From: Chrysomallon squamiferum
Taxonomy: Eukaryota; Animalia; Mollusca
Reading direction: 5' to 3'
DNA: 64,000 nucleotides
NCBI GenBank assembly: GCA_012295275.1
Contig: CM022671.1
Span: 33,914,001-33,978,000 of the forward strand
Shown in pieces: positions 63,461-64,000 of this stretch (its first letter is position 1; each line of letters begins with the position of its first letter). Below the pieces are notes generated by a model. The model was not told the origin of the DNA. It ran no database searches and worked only from the letters and a program-made list of their open reading frames with translations. Both the position numbers and the translations under genes were made by a program.

Positions 63461-64000
63461 CCTCTACACAAACAGAAAGACGGGCAGATTAACACAGAGA
63501 GAGATAGCTAAGTAGATAGATATGTTTGTATGTTTGTATGTATGTATATGTATATGTGTGTGTATCTGTATGCTAATATTTTATTACTTATATGCACACA
63601 CGTACATACATACACACATACAAACCCACTCATTTACATACATGGAGAGACAAGCCCATTAAAGCAACAAAAAAAAAAAACAACAAAAAAAACATAAAAT
63701 CGAAAAAAAGTCTTTATTTTTCTTTTGACCTATTTCTTGTGACGGATCTAACAGTGTATTTAACTCATTACCTGCAAGTCACCCAACGACATTTGTTTAT
63801 CTAAAAAATCTCTCGCTTTGAAAAATACCCAGAGCTACAGCAAAAGGGTTTTCTTTCAATAAAGAAACAGCTTTATGTGTTTGCCTTTCAGACGCAACTG
63901 AATATAAACTTAGGCGTACAAAGTCGTAATTAAATATTTTTGTGAACGTAATTTATGACTGTTGTGAATAGAAAGTACGATTGAGATGGTAACCTTGGAG

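Overview
AT-rich, microsatellite-dense animal genomic DNA (invertebrate-like; the species cannot be determined from the sequence). It holds a tandem and inverted cluster of five paralogous, intron-containing Delta/Serrate-type (DSL) genes. A (+, 5'-truncated, 242-5823) and B (+, 8192-16956) converge on C (-, 20970-29188), D (-, 32565-41935) and E (-, 45300-61825). Hand splicing at GT-AG sites gives open frames with matching exon sizes (54/158/136/155/137/123/279/160/181/107-121/tail). The predicted protein is signal peptide, MNNL/C2, divergent DSL, 3 EGF, a ~113-aa juxtamembrane module (absent in C), a TM helix, and a 200-600 aa cytoplasmic tail. The tail carries variable numbers of YxxP, NPF/DPF, RPLPxxP and YxxL motifs. 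The copies are mosaics of each other, vary most in the C2 loops, TM and tail, and are near-identical in the EGF core. This suggests a diversifying family of signalling or recognition receptors built on a Notch-ligand scaffold (inference). Also present: EGF pseudo-exons, coding fossils in 3'UTRs, an orphan exon-like ORF, a Tigger/pogo remnant and minisatellites. Nearly all other track ORFs are microsatellite or antisense artefacts.
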